Shown here one piece after another: positions 1 through 8,321 of a DNA stretch of 64,000 nt (position 1 is the first letter of the stretch; each line of letters begins with the position of its first letter). Under the pieces are notes generated by a model, which saw only the letters and a list, made by a program, of their open reading frames with translations, did no database searches and was not told the DNA's origin. Made by a program: the position numbers and the translations under genes. Source of the DNA: a virus; the IMG/VR virus record IMGVR_UViG_3300028840_005080, positions 1 through 64,000 of that record, one strand, 5' to 3'.

Positions 1-22
1 GCGGTTTATGGTTAAATCAATC

Positions 23-211
23 CTAATCCCAATTGCTGCTATGACCTTCTCCCCCAAAGCAGCTTTTGGTGGAATATTCATCCCAGCCCCTTCTGCGCCT
101 TTGTCTTCTTGCCATTTTTTTCCAAATGTTCTTGCTGAACTTAAAAACATGCCTTGGGGTCATTTTTTGCACTTTTACAATATTGTCCGAATCTGAGTAT
201 TTCATTTTCAT
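23..211 (-). CDS. Small basic hypothetical protein (Arg-rich), copy 1
   Basis: AAGGAG RBS and a consensus promoter upstream; paralog at 2122..2310 with a conserved frame. Confidence 0.8.
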   Translation of the reverse strand: MKMKYSDSDNIVKVQKMTPRHVFKFSKNIWKKMARRQRRRRGWDEYSTKSCFGGEGHSSNWD

Positions 212-341
212 TCTCCTTTGTTTAAGTTTCCCTCATGTTGTTAAATATAATATAACATCTAAAAAAGGATTTGTCAAGTGTTATTTTTATTATTTTTTAT
301 ATTTTTTAAAAGAATGTACAGTAGTGTATAGGGTTATATTT
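24..341. repeat. ~317-bp direct repeat, copy A (62-aa gene, RBS, sigma70 promoter and AT-rich upstream sequence)
   Basis: Near-identical to 2123..2439 by direct comparison; the encoded peptides differ at 5 of 62 residues. Confidence 0.95.
249..277 (-). promoter_or_regulatory. Sigma70-type promoter TTGACA-17-TATATT (cassette copy 1)
   Basis: Consensus -35, 17-nt spacer and near-consensus -10; the same element recurs at 2074 and 2348. Confidence 0.85.
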
Positions 342-343
342 GT

Positions 344-372
344 TTGACTGAATACACAAAAAGAACTATAAT
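344..372 (+). promoter_or_regulatory. Sigma70-type promoter TTGACT-17-TATAAT driving terL
   Basis: Near-perfect consensus ending 20 nt upstream of the ATG at 393, followed by an AAGGA RBS. Confidence 0.85.
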
Positions 373-392
373 ACTGAAATGAAAGGAAAATT

Positions 393-1688
393 ATGTCAGA
401 AAGCATCATTGAAAAAGCAATAAAACAATATGGGATGAAAGCTGTATCTGATTTTTTGAAGCATGAAAACAATCATATTCTTGCAAATCACTGGGAATTC
501 ATAGCCAGACCGGAACAATTGCCTCCGGGTGGCAATTGGCAAAATTGGTTTTTTCGGGCAGGAAGAGGTAGTGGCAAGACTAGAGCAGCCTGTGAATGGT
601 TGAAAAAAAATATCATACAAGGCGTTCTGAGACAGGCTGCGATATCCCCAACTGCCGGGGATTCCAGAAGGGTCATGGTCGAAGGCGAATCCGGAATATT
701 GAACGTGTGTCAAGATCTGAATCCGATTTACGAATCATCAAATTTGACCGTGCGCTTTCCGCAATTTGGCAATTCAAAAATATTTCTATATTCTGCTGAA
801 GAGCCTGACAGACTAAGGGGTCCGCAACATGAAAAAGCAGTATGTGATGAACTTGCGGCCTGGAAAAAACTACAGCAAACTTGGGATATGCTTCAATTCG
901 GATTGCGACTTGGAAAAAATCCGCAAACAATGATCCCGACAACTCCAAGGCCATTAAAACCAATAAAAGAAATTCTGGCTGATCCGAATACAGTAGAAAC
1001 ATACGGAACAACATACGACAATAAATCGAATTTGGCGAGTCAATTTTTCAGCCGAATTATAAAACGCTATCAGGGATCGAGATTGGGGCGACAAGAAATA
1101 GATGCGGAAATCCTCGAAGATAACCCGGATGCTCTTTTTAATCGTGAAAATATCGACAACAACAGACAAGACAAACATCCTCCTCTAAGAAGAATCGTGA
1201 TTGCGCTTGATCCGAGCGGCACGAACAAAGAAACATCGGACGAATGCGGAATATGCGCGGTTGGTATGGCTGGAAATAACCAGATATCGAAATTTTATGT
1301 ACTTGCGGATCGATCATGTAGAAAAGATCCGAATTCGTGGGCAAAAGTGGCTGTAAATCTGTATAGGGAATTGAAAGCGGATTATATCGTGGCAGAAACA
1401 AATTTTGGGGGCGACATGGTGAAATCAGTAATAAACAATATTGATCCGCATATAAAAGTAAAAGCGGTTCATGCAAGTCGGGGGAAAGCAATACGTGCCG
1501 AACCTGTTTCTGTGTTATACGAACAAAACAGAGTACACCATATCGGTTTTTTCCCGAAACTTGAAGACGAAATGTGTCAGTGGGATCCTTTGGATTCGAG
1601 TTACTCCCCAAACAGACTTGATGCGCTTGTTTGGGGAGTAACTAATTTGATGCGGAAAAGAAATACCGTGGAGTTATTTGCGAGGTAA
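393..1688 (+). CDS. terL: Terminase large subunit
   Basis: Walker A AGRGSGKT, LRGPQ, Walker B VCDE, TTP coupling motif, RNase H-like nuclease domain (ALDPS, ETNFGG, SPNRLDALVW). Confidence 0.95.
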   Translation: MSESIIEKAIKQYGMKAVSDFLKHENNHILANHWEFIARPEQLPPGGNWQNWFFRAGRGSGKTRAACEWLKKNIIQGVLRQAAISPTAGDSRRVMVEGESGILNVCQDLNPIYESSNLTVRFPQFGNSKIFLYSAEEPDRLRGPQHEKAVCDELAAWKKLQQTWDMLQFGLRLGKNPQTMIPTTPRPLKPIKEILADPNTVETYGTTYDNKSNLASQFFSRIIKRYQGSRLGRQEIDAEILEDNPDALFNRENIDNNRQDKHPPLRRIVIALDPSGTNKETSDECGICAVGMAGNNQISKFYVLADRSCRKDPNSWAKVAVNLYRELKADYIVAETNFGGDMVKSVINNIDPHIKVKAVHASRGKAIRAEPVSVLYEQNRVHHIGFFPKLEDEMCQWDPLDSSYSPNRLDALVWGVTNLMRKRNTVELFAR

Positions 1689-1740
1689 GACAGCGAAAAG
1701 GAATGACTCCGCCTCCGATTAAATAGAATATGTTTTTTGT

Positions 1741-1992
1741 CTATCCAATCCACTCAAATACAACGGATTGAACTTCGTTTGCAAAAATATATTCTTCCAA
1801 TTCCTGATCATCTTGGAATCCCCCGGATCGAGCAATGCCAATAATGTCAGCATCATCATAATGAATAATTCCTGAATCGTTTCCCTTCAAAGTAAAATCA
1901 ACATCCATCCCAGCTTGAATCAGTGCTGATTCGATATTGTTTCCTTCGATTTCTTGCCAAAAAAACCCATCAATATACAAATTATATTTCAT
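1741..1992 (-). CDS. Hypothetical acidic protein (paralog of 8049..8321)
   Basis: AAGGAG RBS and own promoter; shares GNxIxSAL...GNDSGxxxxDD with 8049..8321. Confidence 0.75.
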   Translation of the reverse strand: MKYNLYIDGFFWQEIEGNNIESALIQAGMDVDFTLKGNDSGIIHYDDADIIGIARSGGFQDDQELEEYIFANEVQSVVFEWIG

Positions 1993-2022
1993 TTTTTCTC
2001 TCCTTTTTTATGTTTTTAAGGG

Positions 2023-2042
2023 TATGTCGAAATTTCGACATA
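2023..2042. promoter_or_regulatory. Perfect 20-bp palindrome TATGTCGAAATTTCGACATA (operator or leader hairpin)
   Basis: Lies between the promoter at 2074..2102 and the RBS of 1741..1992. Confidence 0.6.
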
Positions 2043-2073
2043 TTGTTTAAGTTTCCCTCATGTTGTTAAATAT

Positions 2074-2102
2074 AATATAACACTCAAAAAAGGATTTGTC
2101 AA
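2074..2102 (-). promoter_or_regulatory. Sigma70-type promoter TTGACA-17-TATATT (cassette copy 2, within a ~70-bp partial repeat at 2043..2112)
   Basis: Same sequence as the promoter at 2348..2376. Confidence 0.85.
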
Positions 2103-2121
2103 GTGTTATTTTAATATTATT

Positions 2122-2310
2122 TTAATCCCAATTGCTGCTATGACCTTCCCCTCCAAAGCAGCTTTTGGTGCTATATTCATCCCAGACCCTTCTGCGCCTT
2201 TGTCTTCTTGCCATTTTTTTCCAAATGTTCTTGCTGAACTTAAAAAGGTGTCTTGGGGTCATTTTTTGCACTTTTACGACATTATTTGCGTCCGAGTATT
2301 TCATTTTCAT
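2122..2310 (-). CDS. Small basic hypothetical protein, copy 2
   Basis: 57/62 residues identical to 23..211; RBS and promoter present. Confidence 0.8.
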   Translation of the reverse strand: MKMKYSDANNVVKVQKMTPRHLFKFSKNIWKKMARRQRRRRVWDEYSTKSCFGGEGHSSNWD

Positions 2311-2439
2311 TCTCCTTTGTTTAAGTTTCCCTCATGTTGTTAAATATAATATAACACTCAAAAAAGGATTTGTCAAGTGTTATTTTTATTATTTTTTATA
2401 TTTTTAAAAGAATGTACAGTAGTGTATAGGGTTATATTT
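2123..2439. repeat. ~317-bp direct repeat, copy B
   Basis: Near-identical to 24..341. Confidence 0.95.
2348..2376 (-). promoter_or_regulatory. Sigma70-type promoter TTGACA-17-TATATT (cassette copy 3)
   Basis: Consensus -35 and 17-nt spacer. Confidence 0.85.
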
Positions 2440-2653
2440 CTTCGGATTGATATTTGAACACAGCCAGAATCAACGCCCAAGCTCCCGCAATTTCATGATT
2501 CTCGATTCGTTTTTCCTCGTATTCATAACAATCGCACCAAGTGCAATTGAAATCAAAATCCTGATAAGCAGCATGAGAAAGACAGGATTCGTAATTATGA
2601 CAATCACAAAATCTTTCCGTTATTCGTTCCTGGAGCACTGATATTTCCCGCAA
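2432..2653 (-). CDS. Small Cys-rich putative Zn-binding protein
   Basis: CxxYxxCLxxAA-x5-FxCxxC motif, also present at the C-terminus of the upstream ORF. Confidence 0.65.
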   Translation of the reverse strand: MREISVLQERITERFCDCHNYESCLSHAAYQDFDFNCTWCDCYEYEEKRIENHEIAGAWALILAVFKYQSEEI

Positions 2654-3153
2654 TCATCACAAAAGAAAATTGAATCAGACAGTGCGGCATTTAACAGGCA
2701 TGAATCATAGCAAACACAATCCCATTTTCTTTTAGGCTCAATGTTCTTGAATATCCCGACAATCTCAAGAAATTCGGCAATATTTGTAAAACATCTTGGA
2801 TCGGCAAATTTACAAATTCGATCCCGCATTTTAATAGTCAGTTTCGTTTTATTTTCAAAAACCCTTCTCAAATAATAATAACTGATGTTCCCTCTGGCAG
2901 ATATATCTTTCATTGTTATTCGTCTTTGTTTCATATAATTTTTCAATTTCGAAACAAACTCTCTTGATGATATATATTCTCTGTATTTATTATTCGTTAC
3001 AAACTCAATAGCGGAATCAAAATAATCATACCTTGCCTGTTTTTCGCCGCCTCCCACTTTTCGAGCATGGCCATTTTCAATCAACTTACTTGTCATATTA
3101 CAAATAGTTTTCGATTTGATTCCTGTTCTTTCGGATAATTCTATAAGTTTCAT
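2620..3153 (-). CDS. HTH DNA-binding protein with C-terminal Cys motif
   Basis: N-terminal HTH (ELSERTGIKSKTI), XRE-like segment (ITMKDISARGNISYYYL), CxxYxxCL...CxxC tail. Confidence 0.6.
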   Translation of the reverse strand: MKLIELSERTGIKSKTICNMTSKLIENGHARKVGGGEKQARYDYFDSAIEFVTNNKYREYISSREFVSKLKNYMKQRRITMKDISARGNISYYYLRRVFENKTKLTIKMRDRICKFADPRCFTNIAEFLEIVGIFKNIEPKRKWDCVCYDSCLLNAALSDSIFFCDDCGKYQCSRNE

Positions 3154-3518
3154 GTTATAAAATATTTTTGCTGTGTTTTATTTTTGCCTTCGATCCCTAT
3201 TCTATTTTTGCGAATCAAACTATTTATATAAAGATCATAAACTTTTGCGCCAGCTCCTTTTCCAAACAAATAGCTCGATAAAAGTTTTTTTCTTTCAACC
3301 TGACCATTATTCCGATCAATAAAACTCAATATCCGTTGTTCCTCTATTGATTCCGGAAGTAACAAAACTTCTTCTTCATCTTCTATTGAAATAACATTAA
3401 TTCGTTTTCTGTTTTCAAGATAATTATTTATAATTGAAGCAATATAAAGCGCGGATGTCAGATGAATGAAAAAATCAATGGGGATAATGATAAAATGATA
3501 CCAAGCGAAATATCTCAT
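3150..3518 (-). CDS. Membrane-anchored protein with putative C-terminal winged helix
   Basis: N-terminal hydrophobic segment; EQRILSFI...VERKKLL resembles the C-terminus of 6109..7374. Confidence 0.5.
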   Translation of the reverse strand: MRYFAWYHFIIIPIDFFIHLTSALYIASIINNYLENRKRINVISIEDEEEVLLLPESIEEQRILSFIDRNNGQVERKKLLSSYLFGKGAGAKVYDLYINSLIRKNRIGIEGKNKTQQKYFIT

Positions 3519-3521
3519 TTT

Positions 3522-3719
3522 CTAATCTTTATATAAAATTACTGTCTTGTTTTTAAAGTCTGGTTTCGCCTGAATATCCCGACAATCGCCGACATATTTA
3601 ACACAATCTTTCTCAAATCTGTCCCACATTGTCGCCGGAATTTCAATTTCCAAATCTTTTTCTTTTCGTATTTTTTTTACAATTTCTTTTGCTGTTTTTA
3701 ATATCACTTCCTCCCCCAT
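3522..3719 (-). CDS. Hypothetical protein
   Basis: ORF packed between its neighbours in the operon. Confidence 0.5.
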   Translation of the reverse strand: MGEEVILKTAKEIVKKIRKEKDLEIEIPATMWDRFEKDCVKYVGDCRDIQAKPDFKNKTVILYKD

Positions 3720-4222
3720 GCTTCATTTTTGTTCTTTCCTTTATATTCAACAGCCAGTGAACATTCGACACCGCCAAACTCAAATTTAAGCAACTTGTCA
3801 GACAAATTTTCTCCGTCTATCTCTATTTCTGGCATTGGTCTCCCGTATTTGTCTCTGGCCTTTGTATTGATTACTTTTATATGTTTGGCTTCCTCTATCC
3901 ATTTTGTAACAAAAGCCTTGGCAAGATACGCTAATTTTTTATAAGCAATTTCTTTGTCGTTTGTTTCAGCCGTATCTATTCTTGGGAGTCTTATATTTTC
4001 TTTATCCGCACCAAACCATCCGTTGTTGTTTTTATAATAAATTTTTAATGTATCTCCGTCAATAACTTCGATTTTTTCAACCATATCCGGTTCGTATATT
4101 GTTCCGTTTGGTTCTGTTTCTACTACTTTATTATGATCTTTAAAAAGCCAATGGATAAAGATTACAAAAAACAGAGAGAAAATGCATACATAAATAATCC
4201 ATTTAATCGCTTGCACTATCAT
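3704..4222 (-). CDS. Membrane-anchored thermonuclease (SNase family)
   Basis: VIDGDT, IRLxxIDTAE and DKYGR motifs; N-terminal TM helix. Confidence 0.9.
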   Translation of the reverse strand: MIVQAIKWIIYVCIFSLFFVIFIHWLFKDHNKVVETEPNGTIYEPDMVEKIEVIDGDTLKIYYKNNNGWFGADKENIRLPRIDTAETNDKEIAYKKLAYLAKAFVTKWIEEAKHIKVINTKARDKYGRPMPEIEIDGENLSDKLLKFEFGGVECSLAVEYKGKNKNEAWGRK

Positions 4223-4847
4223 TAATTCCTATCATACAAATTGATTACTTTTCCAGTAGAAATTTCATCGACAGAACAATTATATAGCCAAATATCATTG
4301 TCTGTTTTCTTCCATAAAAAATGCTGAGCTTCATCCTGGCTTGGTGCACAAACAATGAATGATTGAATATCTGTTTTTAAAATATACAATTTTTTTGCTT
4401 CAAGAGGTTTTTTATAATTATAAATCTTTGTCAATTCGTTCTTCTCGAAAATTTTATCTCTATATTCAAGTTCATAATATTCCGTTTTATCCGTTATCAT
4501 TTTAGATTTTATTCTTGTTTTTTCCAAATTACCACTATAATCAACCAAGACATACTCGCCTTCGTTAAAAATCACATCTTTTTCATTATAGTCACACTGA
4601 GCCAAAATAACAACAAACAAAGTAAACATTGCGCAACCAACAACAAATCCGACCTCAAACCATGTAGATGATTTCATTCTGTCTCCAAAACTTCAACAAT
4701 ATTTTCTGGTTTAAATTCAATTCCGTCAGTTGAAACATAAACACCTTCCGGATTGTTTCTACTACTTTATTATGATCTTTAAAAAGCCAATGGATAAAGA
4801 TTACAAAAAACAGAGAGAAAATGCATACATAAATAATCCATTTAATC
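4115..4847. repeat. 94-bp direct repeat pair (4115..4208 and 4754..4847) encoding the same TM segment
   Basis: The two copies appear identical by eye; both encode IKWIIYVCIFSLFFVIFIHWLFKDHNKVVET. Confidence 0.9.
4222..4677 (-). CDS. Hypothetical membrane-anchored protein
   Basis: N-terminal TM segment; GGAG RBS. Confidence 0.6.
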   Translation of the reverse strand: MKSSTWFEVGFVVGCAMFTLFVVILAQCDYNEKDVIFNEGEYVLVDYSGNLEKTRIKSKMITDKTEYYELEYRDKIFEKNELTKIYNYKKPLEAKKLYILKTDIQSFIVCAPSQDEAQHFLWKKTDNDIWLYNCSVDEISTGKVINLYDRN

Positions 4848-4855
4848 ATCTGCAT
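4655..4855 (-). CDS. Short ORF carrying a duplicate of the nuclease N-terminus (possible remnant)
   Basis: About 31 residues identical to the start of 3704..4222, then diverges. Confidence 0.4.
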   Translation of the reverse strand: MQMIKWIIYVCIFSLFFVIFIHWLFKDHNKVVETIRKVFMFQLTELNLNQKILLKFWRQNEIIYMV

Positions 4856-4875
4856 TTTTATTTATTCAATCTGAT

Positions 4876-5130
4876 TTATGCTTTTGTTATATTTCGCAAA
4901 TCTTCTTCTATTTCATTAATCCGTATTTTCTCTTGCATAGAAATATAATTTATGCACTCATCTGAAGAAACTTGTTGACGATATTTATAATAATTCATAC
5001 CAACAATCTTTGATTCTCTTATAATCCCCCAATCCGGGGGAAATTCTGAAGTAGCAATAATAGGGCTTTTGCAATTATTATTATAACAATTTTCACATTC
5101 TTTTGTTGGATCATCGTTCAATTTGTCCAT
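4876..5130 (-). CDS. Hypothetical protein (CxxC)
   Basis: ORF in operon context. Confidence 0.5.
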   Translation of the reverse strand: MDKLNDDPTKECENCYNNNCKSPIIATSEFPPDWGIIRESKIVGMNYYKYRQQVSSDECINYISMQEKIRINEIEEDLRNITKA

Positions 5131-5350
5131 TTTTCAAAACCTTCATAACGTGTTCTGATTTAAATTCAATTCCGCATTCCGAAACATAGCCATCTTTAGT
5201 TTGTTCCACTATCGTTACATCAAAATAACTGATTCCGTTCTGACCAAACATATCGCCGAGTTTTACAATATCACCAACTTTCAAATTTTCAACATCCTTT
5301 TTTTCTACAACAAACGGGCTTTTAGCAGTAGAAAGTCTCATTGAACCCAT
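5111..5350 (-). CDS. Hypothetical protein
   Basis: ORF in operon context. Confidence 0.5.
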   Translation of the reverse strand: MGSMRLSTAKSPFVVEKKDVENLKVGDIVKLGDMFGQNGISYFDVTIVEQTKDGYVSECGIEFKSEHVMKVLKNGQIER

Positions 5351-6108
5351 TTCCTTTCACTTTCAGACCAATGTTCTGGAATTCTACTCATGGCTCTACC
5401 ATATCTCTTCTCGGATCATTTGGTTGGTCGTTATAATCTTTGTCAACACATCCGGAACAAAATATTGAAATAATAATAATCGATCCAATAAATATTTTTT
5501 TAATCATATCCTAATCCTCATCTATAATTTGATAATCATAATATTGATTTGGCTCCTCGACATATCTCAGCGCCTCTTCTCTTGTTCTGAATTTTTTAAT
5601 GTGTTTTTTCAATTTTGCTCCGTTTTTCGGAACGCATCTTACTCTTGTTTTTTTCATTTCTCGCCTCTGTGCAAAATTCTTTCGCTCGTAACTTTGTATA
5701 CCGAAACTTCATCCGTTGTTATATTATTTCGGATATATTTCGCTTTTTCATAGGCTTTTAATTTTGTAGTGCATTCACCAAACAAATCTTTGCCTATGAA
5801 AACCTGATATTTAATTATTTTCATTCAAGATCTTTATTCCTGTTCCAAAAGATTCAAATTCAAACAAAAAACAAATGCAAAATTGAATCCGTCATCATTG
5901 TTAAACAATATAGAAAAATCATTTTGCTTTTAAAGGCCGGTATAATATCTTTGTTTTTAATTCCAAATTTCGTTTCCACCATTTTAACAAAATAACCCAT
6001 TTCGTTCTCCTTTTTTTTAAATTATCATATAAAACATCATCTCATACTTCTTTCGAAAAATCAAGACAATTTCGAAAGAATTCAAAATTTTTCAAATATC
6101 TGAAATCA

Positions 6109-7374
6109 CTAATTATTTTTGATATAAACTTTCTTTGGTCTGCCTTTCCCATTATAGATCATATCTTCTTTCGCCTGATCAAATTCTATCAATTTTTGTA
6201 TCGAACCATCAAGCTCATCTTTTGTAATCTTATTTTGAAATTTATGAAATAATTCCGTCCTCGAAACCTCTTTATTATTCTTCAAAATTTCAATTATTCT
6301 TTTTTCAAGAGGATTCAAACTATTTTCAAAACTTTCAAAACTTTCAAAATCATTTGAATCTTCTTCGTATTTTCCAGGAAGATCGTATTCAATCCAACCC
6401 TCTCCAAAATCGACCTCGGCTTTGTGCTTGGATTTGACTTTCGACAATCTGACTTTCGCATCTATTTGTTCGAATATATCATTTCTTCCATCAAATCCTG
6501 TTGATTTTGTTCTTTTTGAGTGAGTTGCAAAGCAAAAATTGAATCCGACTTTTCTACCTTCTGTGAAAAAACTATCGGTAAAATCACTTATAATGTCTTT
6601 GCATTTTCCAGGGATTCTTGTCCATTCGTCTGCAACAATTCTGACTGTTTCGAATTGAGGATTTCTTTGAGCTGAATAAATTCTGTATCTTTTGTCTATT
6701 TCGCTGAGTATCCATTTTAGTGCTGATTTTATTTCTTGATATTTTCTGCCTTTTCCGACTATCTGAACTTCCGGCCACTTCCCAATATGATCATGAGTGT
6801 CCAGAATAATCACTCTTTCCCATTTTCTATATTGGCTTACAAGATGTTTCAAAATCGTAGTTTTCCCGCTTTCCTGACCTCCGACTATCCATATTCGTGG
6901 CGTGCTTGAAAGAACATCAATGATATTTTTAGGCTTTTCAAACTCAATTTCAGGAAAACGTGTGCCTACATTGACATATTTTGGCTGTTTTTTTTGTTCA
7001 ATATTATCAGATACTTGACAAAAATCACCCCTATAAGGAATTTGATTGTTTTGTGTACCTACAGTATTTTGAACTAGTTCATTTGATCCAGGATGATATT
7101 GAATATTTTGAATGCCTTGAAAAGCACATATCTGATTAGTGATATTATCTTTCAATATCAATGTTTCGCCTGGGCTTGCCTTAAATGTCTGAATAGAATT
7201 TTTCCAACGTTCTGCTTCAATCTGATTTTTCTTTTCTTCGATCTCAAGGCAAGCCAAATCTGTTCTCGCCTTTCTCTCTGTTATCAAATATTTTTGGAAA
7301 AGAAAATATCGAAACAGATGAAAAACAATAATAATAATTATAATAGAAAATATAACCCAAGAAATTATAATCAT
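6109..7374 (-). CDS. Membrane-anchored FtsK/HerA-like P-loop ATPase with C-terminal winged helix
   Basis: N-terminal TM and coiled coil, Walker A GGQESGKTT, EIDKRY, Walker B IVADE, EGRKVG and ATH motifs. Confidence 0.75.
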   Translation of the reverse strand: MIIISWVIFSIIIIIIVFHLFRYFLFQKYLITERKARTDLACLEIEEKKNQIEAERWKNSIQTFKASPGETLILKDNITNQICAFQGIQNIQYHPGSNELVQNTVGTQNNQIPYRGDFCQVSDNIEQKKQPKYVNVGTRFPEIEFEKPKNIIDVLSSTPRIWIVGGQESGKTTILKHLVSQYRKWERVIILDTHDHIGKWPEVQIVGKGRKYQEIKSALKWILSEIDKRYRIYSAQRNPQFETVRIVADEWTRIPGKCKDIISDFTDSFFTEGRKVGFNFCFATHSKRTKSTGFDGRNDIFEQIDAKVRLSKVKSKHKAEVDFGEGWIEYDLPGKYEEDSNDFESFESFENSLNPLEKRIIEILKNNKEVSRTELFHKFQNKITKDELDGSIQKLIEFDQAKEDMIYNGKGRPKKVYIKNN

Positions 7375-7420
7375 TCAACATATCGTTTCATTAATTGCCT
7401 GTAGCCGAACAAAGCAGGGA

Positions 7421-7687
7421 TCACCCCGTGTCTTTTTTTTTAAAAAACTTAAAAATTTTTTTCAAGCCAGAACACACATACAAATATGTTGGGCCACCTG
7501 AAACCCCGCCATTTTCAATATAACCACTTTTGATTAGCTTGCGAACATTGTCATCACAATCAGAACACCATTGACAACTTTTAGTCAAACAGGATCTATT
7601 GTAATATCGATACTGTGCGGCAATATCATTAGAATCACAGCCGGGATTATTTTGAATATGATTGATTGCAAATTTCTTAAAACTCAA
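7421..7687 (-). CDS. Hypothetical protein, possible winged helix with Cys cluster
   Basis: NPGCDSNDIA...CQWCSDC...KLIKSGYIE. Confidence 0.45.
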   Translation of the reverse strand: MSFKKFAINHIQNNPGCDSNDIAAQYRYYNRSCLTKSCQWCSDCDDNVRKLIKSGYIENGGVSGGPTYLYVCSGLKKIFKFFKKKDTG

Positions 7688-7690
7688 TTT

Positions 7691-7882
7691 TTACCCCTTC
7701 CATCCCATAATAGAAATAATAATAGCAACAATAGAAAATATAAGTGCCATAAAATCAACAATAATATTCGTTCTTCTTTTCTCCGCTTTAAGCTCCGACA
7801 TAAGATATTTTATGACCTCCGCACTACTCACCATATCTTTCTTATCTTTTCCAATAATTCTTTTAATCGCCATTTTGTTCAT
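7691..7882 (-). CDS. Small protein with C-terminal TM helix
   Basis: Hydrophobic C-terminus. Confidence 0.5.
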   Translation of the reverse strand: MNKMAIKRIIGKDKKDMVSSAEVIKYLMSELKAEKRRTNIIVDFMALIFSIVAIIISIMGWKG

Positions 7883-8048
7883 TCTCTTTAACTTGTTCTA
7901 TCCTCATTTTAAATCCCGGTTTTTTTAAATGTTCGATATTATTATCAAATCTTATAACTTCATCCAGCGTTTTTTGTTTTCCGTCTGTTTGTTCTTTTTG
8001 ACCCGGAATTGTAAAAAAAAATAGAAACCTTTGCATTTAAATATCCTT

Positions 8049-8321
8049 TCATCGATTTTCTGTTTTTTTAAATTTTATAATAAAATTATTATCTTCTGAT
8101 ATCTCGCAATCGCTTGCGGCTCTCATAAGATCATCATCATCAAAACACAACAATCCGCTATCATTACCAAAATGCAATATATCCGCATTTATTCCATTAT
8201 TGCTAAGTGCGGAATTAATATCGTTCCCATTGACAGATTTCCAATATTTATCATTTATTAAAATATCGAATCTTTCCATTTTATATACTCTCTTCACTAT
8301 CAACCCAATGTCGAAAATCAC
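8049..8321 (-). CDS. Hypothetical protein (paralog of 1741..1992; likely start at MERF)
   Basis: Shared GNDSG motif and overall alignment with 1741..1992. Confidence 0.65.
   Translation of the reverse strand: MIFDIGLIVKRVYKMERFDILINDKYWKSVNGNDINSALSNNGINADILHFGNDSGLLCFDDDDLMRAASDCEISEDNNFIIKFKKTENR

Noticed and set aside
219-246. TGTTGTTAAAT in the repeated cassette as the XerD arm of a dif site
   Set aside because: The inner TTAT is missing and there is no XerC arm. The sequence is better explained as the promoter's start region.
4115-4847. Repeat pairs as the template and variable repeats of a diversity-generating retroelement
   Set aside because: There is no reverse transcriptase in the window. 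This pair appears identical, and the 317-bp pair does not show adenine-specific differences.
6047-6082. Inverted repeat TTCTTTCGAAA...TTTCGAAAGAA downstream of the FtsK-like gene
   Set aside because: It could be a terminator or operator, but it is AT-rich, single-copy and has no supporting context, so it is not called.
6322-6350. 9-bp triple repeat (FES FES FEN)
   Set aside because: It is an in-frame low-complexity linker of the ATPase with no sign of a separate function.
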